A stretch of DNA of 59,467 nucleotides from NCBI GenBank assembly GCA_947586625.1, contig CANPXS010000002.1, forward strand, positions 1 through 59,467, read 5' to 3'. The DNA comes from an uncultured Clostridia bacterium. GTDB taxonomy: Bacteria; Bacillota; Clostridia; Oscillospirales; CAG-272. Positions 50,132 to 57,790 of this stretch are shown here, piece by piece. Each line of letters starts with the position of its first letter. Within the stretch, counting starts at the first letter, position 1. Under the pieces are notes generated by a model that saw only the letters and a program-made list of their open reading frames with translations, did not search any database and was not told the origin of the DNA. The position numbers and the translations under genes were made by a program.

Positions 50132-51181
50132 TCATATCGACGAGTAAACGGACAGTATAGGCAGATACACGGCGGCGGACGTGAGCGTCACGAGCACGCC
50201 GACCGCGATCGTGAGCGCAGGTTCGAGCATCGAGAGCATTTTGTCCGCGCGCCGTCTTGCCTCCGAGCCGCACATTATGCCCGCCGCCTTCATCGCGGAC
50301 GGCAGCGTACCGCATCTGTCGCCGAGCGCGCAGAGCTCAGCCACCTCGACGGGAAAACATCCCGCCTCGCGCACTGCGTCCGCGAACGGTATGCCGTCTG
50401 CAATCTTATCCGATATTGCCGCCGCACATCGCCGCACAGCCTCGTTTTCGACCGAGCGCGCGGCCGCTATGATGGCGTCGCGAAGCGTCATATGCGATGA
50501 AAGCAGGATCGAAAGCGTGTCGGCGAACTGCGCCGCCGCGCGCAGCCGGAGCATTTTACCTATAATAGGCAGACGCAGACGAATGAGTGCGAATATAAAC
50601 GAGAACGTAGATGTCTTTGAAAGAAACAGTACTGCGGCGGCGATACATACGATCGCGACTGCAAAGCTTATGCCGAATGTGCGGCACAGCTCCGACGCGC
50701 GTATAAGTGCCCTCGTCACCGGCGGCAGATCGCCGCCGAACGACGAGATGGCGGGTATTATTGCGTACACGGTAAAGGCGGCGACCGCTATCGTCAAAAT
50801 GAGCATGAAGATCGGGTAGCGGACGGCATCGTTGACCCTTGACTTTACCGCACGTCTTCGTTCGTAATGGTCTGACAAAAGCTCGAAGCTGACGTCGAGA
50901 CGTCCGCACGCCTCGCCCGCACGCACGGCCTCGACGAACGAGACCGGCAGACGGCGGAAACGGGACATGGCGTCGGCGAGCGAATGTCCGTCGCGCACGC
51001 TGTCTGCGCAACAGCTCAAAAAACGGCGCACGGCGCGATTTTTAGTGTCTGCGGCAGCCGTCAACGCGTCTGCAAGCGTCATTCCCGCGCGAAGAAGCAT
51101 ACATACGCGGCGTGAAAGTGTGGAAAGCGCGCCGTCGGACAACGACGCGCGCATGTCGAACGTGTCCTTTATTCTCCGCAT
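50132..51181 (-). CDS. Type II secretion system F family platform protein (PilC/ComGB-like)
   Basis: 349 aa with two T2SSF-like repeats (...LLRAGMTLADAL... / ...LLSSHMTLRDAI...) and 3 TM. Confidence 0.8.
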   Translation of the reverse strand: MRRIKDTFDMRASLSDGALSTLSRRVCMLLRAGMTLADALTAAADTKNRAVRRFLSCCADSVRDGHSLADAMSRFRRLPVSFVEAVRAGEACGRLDVSFELLSDHYERRRAVKSRVNDAVRYPIFMLILTIAVAAFTVYAIIPAISSFGGDLPPVTRALIRASELCRTFGISFAVAIVCIAAAVLFLSKTSTFSFIFALIRLRLPIIGKMLRLRAAAQFADTLSILLSSHMTLRDAIIAAARSVENEAVRRCAAAISDKIADGIPFADAVREAGCFPVEVAELCALGDRCGTLPSAMKAAGIMCGSEARRRADKMLSMLEPALTIAVGVLVTLTSAAVYLPILSVYSSI

Positions 51182-52119
51182 GATACCGCCTCGATGCTGT
51201 GCTCAAGCATACTGTCCGCGTCAATGAGCTGCGACGGCGCGAACGCTTCGCCGTCGTCCGACACGGCGATGCCGAACGCACCTGTGACTTTATCGCCGCG
51301 TCTGCAAAGGCGCTGCACTATAACGGCGCGCAGCGCTCCGTAAAGCGCTCGTTCCGACACGCCGAATGCGGCAAATCTGTCCGGTATCGCGGCGGCACGA
51401 CGTGCGTGAATAGTCGCAAACGTCAATCTTCCTGTAGACGCGGCGAGCAGCGCGGCATCGGCGGCGTCCCCGGTCCGTATTTCGCCTATGGCGATGACGT
51501 CCGGGTCCTGCCGCAGAACGGCGCGTATGGCCGTGTCGAAAGTCACAGGGCCGCTCTCGCTCACATGCGTCTGACATACGCCGTCGAGGTCGTATTCGAC
51601 AGGGTCCTCAAGCGTTACGACGCTGTTTCCGCCGCGTCTTTGTCCGCGCAGCGCCTCGTACATTGTTGTGGTCTTGCCCGACCCTATCGGACCGGCGATT
51701 AGGACGAGCCCGTTTTGCATCTGCATGATACGGGAGAACGATTCCTCGGCGGTCTCGCTCATTCCGAGCGATTTTAGCGGACGCATATCGAGTATGCGAA
51801 GCGCAAGCCTTTCGCCGTGGAGAGTGGGAAGCGAGGACACACGCGCGTTGACGAGCACCCCGCCGCAGTCGGCGCGAAGCGCGCCGTCCTGCGGACGACG
51901 TCGTTCCGTAACATCCATATCCGCCATCACTTTGACGCGCGATATTATGCGCTGCGCGTCTGTGCCCGAAACGGTATCGATGTCGTGAAGCTCGCCGCGC
52001 ACGCGCTCGCGTATGCGTATACCGCCGTCAAACGGTTCGAAGTGAATGTCGCTGGCTCCGCGTTCCACGGCTCCGCGCAGTAATGATTCCAATGATGTCG
52101 TGTCTTTGTTGTCGTCCAT
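51169..52119 (-). CDS. GspE/PilB/ComGA-family secretion ATPase (short form)
   Basis: GGGAGGTG RBS, ATG 52119. 316 aa. Walker A GPIGSGKTTT, VTLEDPVEY and LRQDPDVIAIGEIR. Confidence 0.85.
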   Translation of the reverse strand: MDDNKDTTSLESLLRGAVERGASDIHFEPFDGGIRIRERVRGELHDIDTVSGTDAQRIISRVKVMADMDVTERRRPQDGALRADCGGVLVNARVSSLPTLHGERLALRILDMRPLKSLGMSETAEESFSRIMQMQNGLVLIAGPIGSGKTTTMYEALRGQRRGGNSVVTLEDPVEYDLDGVCQTHVSESGPVTFDTAIRAVLRQDPDVIAIGEIRTGDAADAALLAASTGRLTFATIHARRAAAIPDRFAAFGVSERALYGALRAVIVQRLCRRGDKVTGAFGIAVSDDGEAFAPSQLIDADSMLEHSIEAVSCGE

Positions 52120-52189
52120 TGTCGTCACCTCCCGTTGCGAGTATATGCGCAAGAGTTAAAGCATGTGCCGCGCCGTACACGATCAAACG

Positions 52190-52222
52190 GAAAAAGAAAA
52201 AGAGAGGCGTCAAAGCCTCTCT
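52190..52222 (-). terminator. Intrinsic terminator of the VanZ-like gene
   Basis: Minus strand reads agagaggc-tttgac-gcctctct followed by TTTTTCTTTTT. Confidence 0.7.
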
Positions 52223-52245
52223 TCGGTATATTTTTATACTATTCG

Positions 52246-53634
52246 TCACCCCTCGACCGTGACGCGGTCGCCGCCGACGTCGAACACCCATACGGGACGG
52301 TAAAATCCCTTCGAGTCGAGTTCATAATCGAGTTTGCACGAGGAAACAGTCAGCGTGCCCGCGTCCGCCAAACGCACGCTGCCGCAGAAGCTGCCGCGCT
52401 TTATGCGCTCCATCGCCTCCGACTGCGATATGAGCTTCTCGTCGGCGACGTGCTCGCAGTCGGTCATAGCGTTGTCGACGGATTTTATTTGATATGCGCC
52501 GTCGTCGTCTGCGGCGACGCGGCAAAGGAGCGTACATGACATACCGCCGCCGCGTTCGAGCTTGAACAGATACCCTTCGTCGTTTTCTTCAAAATCTGCG
52601 TCAGACGGCACGTCGATGCCTATCTCGGACAGCAGCGACTCGACTTTTTCCCTGCCGAGCCCGGGCACACTGCCGCTTTCCCAAAAGCCGTACGACGACA
52701 ACTCGTAGCTGCCGTCCTTCATCTCCACCATAACGCTGCCGACGGTCTGGCACGAGAAATACGCGGCGTTGTCGTAATAATCGACGTAGTAGGCGCCGCT
52801 CGCCTCAAGCTCGTCCGTCATGCCGAGACGGGACAAGAGCTCGCGCGCGAGTGTTTCGCAGCCGTCCTTGTCGAGCGAGTGCGCACGGTATACGGGTGCG
52901 GTCACACGCTCGTCCGAGAGCGGACATTCTATATTCCATTCGACACCTGACATATCGAGGCGGTACGCGGGCGCGGACGCGAGGTTGCCGTACGGCTGCG
53001 CGTAATAGACGATGAAGATTGAGCAGATCGCGAGAACTGCCGCGATCGGAAATTCCGCGTACAGGAGCGCGCGGCGCGCACGGTGAGCGGCGCTTTTTTC
53101 GATTGCGGTCAGTATCGCCATCGCGGACATAAGTCCGACGGCGCCGCCGAGTGCGTTGCAGAAGATGTCGTCGACGTCGAACGTGCCGCGCCCAAGGACG
53201 AGCTGCGCCGTCTCGATTAGAGACGTCATGGCGAGCACGACGGCGAACGACACATACGTGCGGCGGAACACCTTGAACGACAGCGGCAACAGCGCGCCGA
53301 ACGGCACGAACATCAGAACATTCAAAAGCACGTTCGCCCACGGCTTGAACTCGAACGTGTTCCACGCTTCGCGCCACGCGCGGAACAGGTGCAGATTGAC
53401 GGCGGCGCCTTCCTCGGCGCGCAGGAGCGTCAGATACAGTATCGACGCGGTGCAGCCCGCGAGCGCGAGCACGGCGACGGCTCTGCCGAGCGGGAATTTG
53501 CGCTTGCCGTGATATTTTACACGAAATATTACGGCAAAAACGGCGACTGCGGCGAGCGCCGCCAAAGCAGCGACAGCAGCAAATGTGAGCGCGCCGCCGA
53601 GATGGTCAAGTATATATCTGAGAAAATCGTTCAT
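52246..53634 (-). CDS. VanZ-family membrane protein with large C-terminal extracytoplasmic domain
   Basis: Start ATG 53634. N-terminal VanZ-like core (NVLMFVPFGALLP...ETAQLVLGRGTFDVDDIFCNALGG) plus about 250 aa of unknown domain. Confidence 0.7.
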   Translation of the reverse strand: MNDFLRYILDHLGGALTFAAVAALAALAAVAVFAVIFRVKYHGKRKFPLGRAVAVLALAGCTASILYLTLLRAEEGAAVNLHLFRAWREAWNTFEFKPWANVLLNVLMFVPFGALLPLSFKVFRRTYVSFAVVLAMTSLIETAQLVLGRGTFDVDDIFCNALGGAVGLMSAMAILTAIEKSAAHRARRALLYAEFPIAAVLAICSIFIVYYAQPYGNLASAPAYRLDMSGVEWNIECPLSDERVTAPVYRAHSLDKDGCETLARELLSRLGMTDELEASGAYYVDYYDNAAYFSCQTVGSVMVEMKDGSYELSSYGFWESGSVPGLGREKVESLLSEIGIDVPSDADFEENDEGYLFKLERGGGMSCTLLCRVAADDDGAYQIKSVDNAMTDCEHVADEKLISQSEAMERIKRGSFCGSVRLADAGTLTVSSCKLDYELDSKGFYRPVWVFDVGGDRVTVEG

Positions 53635-54010
53635 GTGCGGTCTGTTGTACCCTACTGTAATATGTGATATAGTACACATATGATATACCGACAACTCTTA
53701 TTTGTCAAGGGAAAGAAGGAAAACTTTTATAAAAAGTTTTTGCGGAAAACGTTTGCGCACCGCGTCAGCGATAAAATGCGTTGCCGCAAACGGGCAACGT
53801 GCCGGAGGCTTCCCGGTGTCAAATTCACGAACCGTACTCGTGCGCTGACGGCGCAAACACGGCTGGACACAGACACGACGTTTTGACGGCGATATCGACC
53901 CGTCGCGAGGAAGCTGTTATGCCGAAGCGGTAACGCGGTCTGCGCCCTGTTGCCTTTCTTGCCGCCGACTCGATAACATCGACGAACACACGGGAGCCTC
54001 TTTCGGGTTC

Positions 54011-54048
54011 GACAAGGGGGACTTTCTTGCGAGAAAGTCCCCCTTGTC
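54011..54048. repeat. Perfect 17-bp hairpin gacaagggggactttct / agaaagtcccccttgtc
   Basis: Same design (G-run plus aaact/tttc arm) as the hairpins at 27932-27956 and 28132-28171. There is no flanking T-run on either strand in terminator orientation. Confidence 0.7.
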
Positions 54049-54163
54049 AAAAACCTATTTGCAGGTGTGAAAGACGTCACCACGTCAGATGAACAAAGGT
54101 AGCTGCCGGTGGGTGCAGACTGCACGATGAACCGCGGTGAGCGGAAAAGTCAGCTAACGATAC

Positions 54164-54200
54164 GACCTGCGACACGGGATCGTTTTGCGAAAAGTGTGGG
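54164..54200 (+). repeat. Partial copy of the MITE-like repeat
   Basis: cgacctgcgacacgggatcgttttgcgaaaagtgtggg shares cgacctgcgacac and gcgaaaagtgtgg with 57561-57598/57631-57659 and with 27800-27838 (reverse). Confidence 0.6.
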
Positions 54201-54257
54201 AGATACGAGTTATGGCAACGGGCTGTCGATGACGCGAAAAATGAAAAAGTAATACAT

Positions 54258-54303
54258 AATTTTGTGAAAAATGCTTGACAAATCACGAAAAATGTGGTAT
54301 AAT
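54258..54303 (+). promoter_or_regulatory. Consensus promoter of the LRR lipoprotein gene with conserved upstream block
   Basis: aattttgtgaaaaatgc-TTGACA-aatcacgaaaaatgtgg-TATAAT, followed by a roughly 180-nt leader before ATG 54490. Confidence 0.65.
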
Positions 54304-54489
54304 ATAGGCAGTCAAGGGGATGAGGCGGTTATAACAGGTGACGGCGCGCGCAGGCATGACAGGGAAGCCTGCAGCGTGCGGCGGGAAAGAAATATTAACA
54401 GATTGTAAACTTTGGCATCGGTTATTGATTTACAATCGCGGATTTGATATACTGATATGTGAGTATATGCGTTTTGAGGGGAATTTTAC

Positions 54490-55773
54490 ATGAAAAATGT
54501 CGGGATATTGAAGAAGGCCGCAGTCTTTGCGTTCGTGCTCGCCGCAGTTGTTGCGCTGTTTGTTTTGACGTCGTGCGGGAAGGGCACGTTCGGCGTGCGC
54601 TGCGAGATAGTGGGCGACCACGCCGTTATCGTGCGCTATGTGGGCGAGTCGAAGAACGTGACCGTCGCCGACGAGTACAAGGGCGTTCCGATAACGGAGA
54701 TCGCGGACGAGGCGTTCGTCGACGAGATCTTCGAGTCGATAACGCTGCCCGACACGATAACGAAAATAGGCAAGGACGCGTTCCGCGGCACGAAGGGCAT
54801 GACGACTGTCACGCTCGGCGCGGGGCTCGTCGAGATAGGCGAAAACGCGTTTGCGAGCTGCAGCGCGCTCGAAAGCATCAACATTCCCGAGGGCGTCACG
54901 ACGATAGGCAATATGGCGTTCAGCGAGTGCCGCGCGCTTCGCTCGGTCACGTTCCCGTCGACGCTTGAAAATATCGGCACGCGCATATTCTTCAACTGCA
55001 CGTCTCTCGAATCGGCGACGCTGCCGACGAAGATAACGACGGCGCCCGACGGTCTGTTCGCCGGATGCTCGTCGCTCAAATCGGTGAAATTCGAAGGCGA
55101 TGTGACATCAATAGGCGTGAACACGTTCGTCGACTGCGTCTCTCTTTCCGACTTCACTATCCCCTCGACCGTAACATCTATCGGCTCGAGCGCGTTCATG
55201 GACTGCGAGTCGCTGCCGTCCGCCGTCGTCCCCGAAGGCGTGACGGAGCTGCCCGAGCACGTATTCTACAAATGCTCGTCGATGACGTCGTGCACGATAC
55301 CGTCGACGGTGACGTCAATCGGGCGCGAGGCGTTCATATACTGTTCGTCGCTAAAGGAACTTAATATTCCCTCGTCGGTGACCGCTATCGGCGAGGGCGC
55401 ATTCGAGTCGTGCAAATCGCTCACGTCGGTGACGGTTCCGGAATCTGTAACGGAGCTTGTGCGCAACACATTCAGGGACTGCACGACGCTCGTCGAGATA
55501 AATCTTCCCGACACGATGACCACGATGGGGCCGTCCGTGTTCGCCGGATGCCGCTCGCTGCGCGCGTTCACCGTACCGAAGGGCGTTACGACAGTGGCGA
55601 CGATGCTGTTCACAGACTGTTCGAGCCTTGCCGACCTGACGTTGCACGAGGGCGTCACCGAGATATCGGAGGCGGCGTTCAACGGCTGTGGAAACATCAA
55701 GTTCCACGTCCCCGCCGGATCGTTTGCGGAAGCGTGGGCGCAAAGCGAAGGCAAGATGATCGAGACGTATTAA
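54490..55773 (+). CDS. BspA-like leucine-rich-repeat surface lipoprotein
   Basis: 427 aa. Signal peptide plus lipobox (FVLTSC). About 14 tandem ~23-aa LRR units (..L.S..IP..VT.IG..AF..C..L..). Confidence 0.85.
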   Translation: MKNVGILKKAAVFAFVLAAVVALFVLTSCGKGTFGVRCEIVGDHAVIVRYVGESKNVTVADEYKGVPITEIADEAFVDEIFESITLPDTITKIGKDAFRGTKGMTTVTLGAGLVEIGENAFASCSALESINIPEGVTTIGNMAFSECRALRSVTFPSTLENIGTRIFFNCTSLESATLPTKITTAPDGLFAGCSSLKSVKFEGDVTSIGVNTFVDCVSLSDFTIPSTVTSIGSSAFMDCESLPSAVVPEGVTELPEHVFYKCSSMTSCTIPSTVTSIGREAFIYCSSLKELNIPSSVTAIGEGAFESCKSLTSVTVPESVTELVRNTFRDCTTLVEINLPDTMTTMGPSVFAGCRSLRAFTVPKGVTTVATMLFTDCSSLADLTLHEGVTEISEAAFNGCGNIKFHVPAGSFAEAWAQSEGKMIETY

Positions 55774-55787
55774 AGCCGACATATATT

Positions 55788-55812
55788 AAAGGGGGCGTCT
55801 GCCCCCTTTTTG
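55788..55812. terminator. Bidirectional intrinsic terminator
   Basis: aaagggggc-gtct-gccccctttttgtttt lies between the convergent LRR and XRE genes. Confidence 0.75.
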
Positions 55813-55829
55813 TTTTAACGTATGCGCCG

Positions 55830-56351
55830 TCATTTCCACACGCGCGCCTCGACATACGCCATCATCGAATTGCGGAAATATACTGCGGCGGCAGCCGATG
55901 CGAGCGCCGTGAGCACGGCTCCGACCGTGCCGATGCGCAGCGCGGCGAATATCCCGACGGCGGCGATCGCGACGTAGACGGTCACGATGAACGCGATGTG
56001 GTCGCGTAGCCATTTGCGCTTGAAGTATGCGGCGCGGTCTTCGACAGTGAACGCGGACGGCGCGGCGTCGTCTGCGTCGGGTTTTGCGGTTGCGCCGTCT
56101 GTGTTGATATTTACGTCACCGACAACGCCGCGCGCGTTTATTTTGTCCTCGCCCGCTATGATCTCGTCGACCGTGACCGAAAATGTCGCCGCCAGCGCTT
56201 CGAGCATTTCGATATCGGGCATATATGTGCCGCGCTCCCAGCGCGACACTGTCTTATTCGACACGCCGAGGCGCTCGCCGAGCTGCTCCTGCGTCAGTCC
56301 TGCCGCGCGTCTGCGCGCCGCTATATAACGTCCCGTTTTTCCCTTGTCCAT
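55830..56351 (-). CDS. XRE-family HTH regulator with C-terminal membrane anchor
   Basis: GGAGGTG RBS, ATG 56351. 173 aa. HTH LTQEQLGERLGVSNKTVSRWERG. C-terminal two hydrophobic helices (IAFIVTVYVAIAAVGIFAAL..., VGAVLTALASAAAAVYF). Confidence 0.8.
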   Translation of the reverse strand: MDKGKTGRYIAARRRAAGLTQEQLGERLGVSNKTVSRWERGTYMPDIEMLEALAATFSVTVDEIIAGEDKINARGVVGDVNINTDGATAKPDADDAAPSAFTVEDRAAYFKRKWLRDHIAFIVTVYVAIAAVGIFAALRIGTVGAVLTALASAAAAVYFRNSMMAYVEARVWK

Positions 56352-56528
56352 GTTCCCACCTCCGCGCAAATTGTACCACGCCGTGCGCGCCGCGTCCACC
56401 CCATAAACTGAGAATCACGGGACAAAAGCGCGTTTTCCGCGCAAAATGTGAGTTTGTGCGGGGCGGGAACTCCGCCACCGCGTCGTTGGAGAACCGAAAT
56501 TAAGAGATGTTCGGCGCGTCCGCCCCGA

Positions 56529-57362
56529 CTACGATCTGACCAGATCCTCTGGAAGATATTCCGATACCGTGCAGTTCGGCTTTCCCAAAATATACGCGGC
56601 GGCGAGCACCATGTACGCGGCGACGCCGTAATAGGCGCACATCTTGTATCCGCAGACGCGCCTGTCGCGCGACTCGAAAAACTCAACGACGCACCCTTCG
56701 AGAAGGAGCAGCAAAAGCTCGTTCAGTCGCGATATGCCGATGCCGGTCCGCTCCGAAAGCTCGCTTTTTGATATGGGATTACACGCGTCGAGCGCGGCGA
56801 TGAGGCAGAACCCGTCCGGCGATGATATCGCCGAAAGCAGCGCCGATATGTGCTCGTCCGGCATCGTAAATCGCTCGTGCAGCGCGGACTGCACGATGCA
56901 CGCGACGCCGTCATCGTCCCATATCTTCATGCCGTAGTCGCTTGATATGCGCAGATCGCCGCGGCGCTTGTCCTCCGCCTGTAATTCTTTGTTTCCTGTC
57001 TCGATGAAGAAAAGTCCGCGCCACATCTTCCAAAGATCGTCTCCGAGGTCGCGGTGTGCATTCGACTCATATCTGCCCTCTCCCGACTGCGCCCATATGA
57101 ACTCGTCGCCGAGCTGCTCTATCTTGGACGCGACAGTGTCGATGTCGCCGTCCGACTCTGTGTCGAGCAGTATATCGAGCGAGACGCCGTAGGCGTCGGA
57201 GAGGGATTTGAGATTGAAGCAGTCGGGCAGACATTCGCCGCTCTCCCATTTCGACACCGCCTGCGGCGACACACCGACGCGAAAGGCGACGTCCTCCTGC
57301 GTCAGCGACAGCTTTTTTCTGTGCATACGCAGTTTTTCACCGAATTTTTCCGTGTCAAACAT
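56529..57362 (-). CDS. XRE-family HTH regulator with roughly 200-aa C-terminal domain
   Basis: 277 aa. HTH LSLTQEDVAFRVGVSPQAVSKWESG. C-terminal region of unknown function with a second wHTH-like stretch. Confidence 0.8.
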   Translation of the reverse strand: MFDTEKFGEKLRMHRKKLSLTQEDVAFRVGVSPQAVSKWESGECLPDCFNLKSLSDAYGVSLDILLDTESDGDIDTVASKIEQLGDEFIWAQSGEGRYESNAHRDLGDDLWKMWRGLFFIETGNKELQAEDKRRGDLRISSDYGMKIWDDDGVACIVQSALHERFTMPDEHISALLSAISSPDGFCLIAALDACNPISKSELSERTGIGISRLNELLLLLLEGCVVEFFESRDRRVCGYKMCAYYGVAAYMVLAAAYILGKPNCTVSEYLPEDLVRS

Positions 57363-57540
57363 TTTTTGTTCCTCCGTGATATTATCGCAGCCGGCGTCGG
57401 CTTCGATATGATGATACCACGCGAAAATTCAACTATCAATAGTAAATTTGTTGAGACGGATGGTGAAAAATCAACTATAGATTGAGAAACGCTCATATGA
57501 AGCCAAACTGCAACAGTTCAAGCGACGGGGCGAAGTGCGC

Positions 57541-57659
57541 GGCAGTTCGTCGCTGACGCGCCGACCTGCGACACGTTTCCGCTTCGCGGAAATGTGTGTG
57601 TAACGTCTTCTCGTTACACTCGAAGCCGTCCTACACTTTTCGCTTCGCGAAAAGTGTGG
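57541..57659 (+). repeat. MITE-like repeat copy followed by two further palindromic hairpins
   Basis: ggcagttcgtcgctgacgcgccgacctgcgacacgtttccgcttcgcggaaatgtgtg (57541-57598) matches the reverse complement of 27795-27852. Hairpins gtgtaacg/cgttacac (57597-57619) and cacacttttcgc-ttc-gcgaaaagtgtg (57631-57659). Confidence 0.7.
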
Positions 57660-57714
57660 TGATACTGGTTTGGTGACGTGTTCACTTCGTGGAAAATGCG
57701 AGAAAACCGCAGCG

Positions 57715-57762
57715 AAAAACACCGCGCGTGACTGTTCGCACAGCCGCAGCGCGGTGTTTTTT
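57715..57762 (-). terminator. pheT intrinsic terminator (bidirectional geometry)
   Basis: aaaaacaccgcgc...gcgcggtgtttttt: a 10-bp stem flanked by an A-run and a T-run, about 30 nt after the pheT stop. Confidence 0.75.
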
Positions 57763-57790
57763 AGTTAAGGTATTTTCCCTTCGGGAAAAA

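Noticed and set aside
54028-54042. gagaaagtccccc resembling the RNase P RNA GAGGAAAGTCC box
   Set aside because: It is one arm of a perfect 17-bp palindrome. No other RNase P conserved regions surround it.
53727-54125. 132-aa minus-strand ORF in the VanZ/LRR spacer
   Set aside because: It is Arg/Ser/Cys-rich, has no RBS, spans hairpins and a repeat copy, and shows no recognisable motif.
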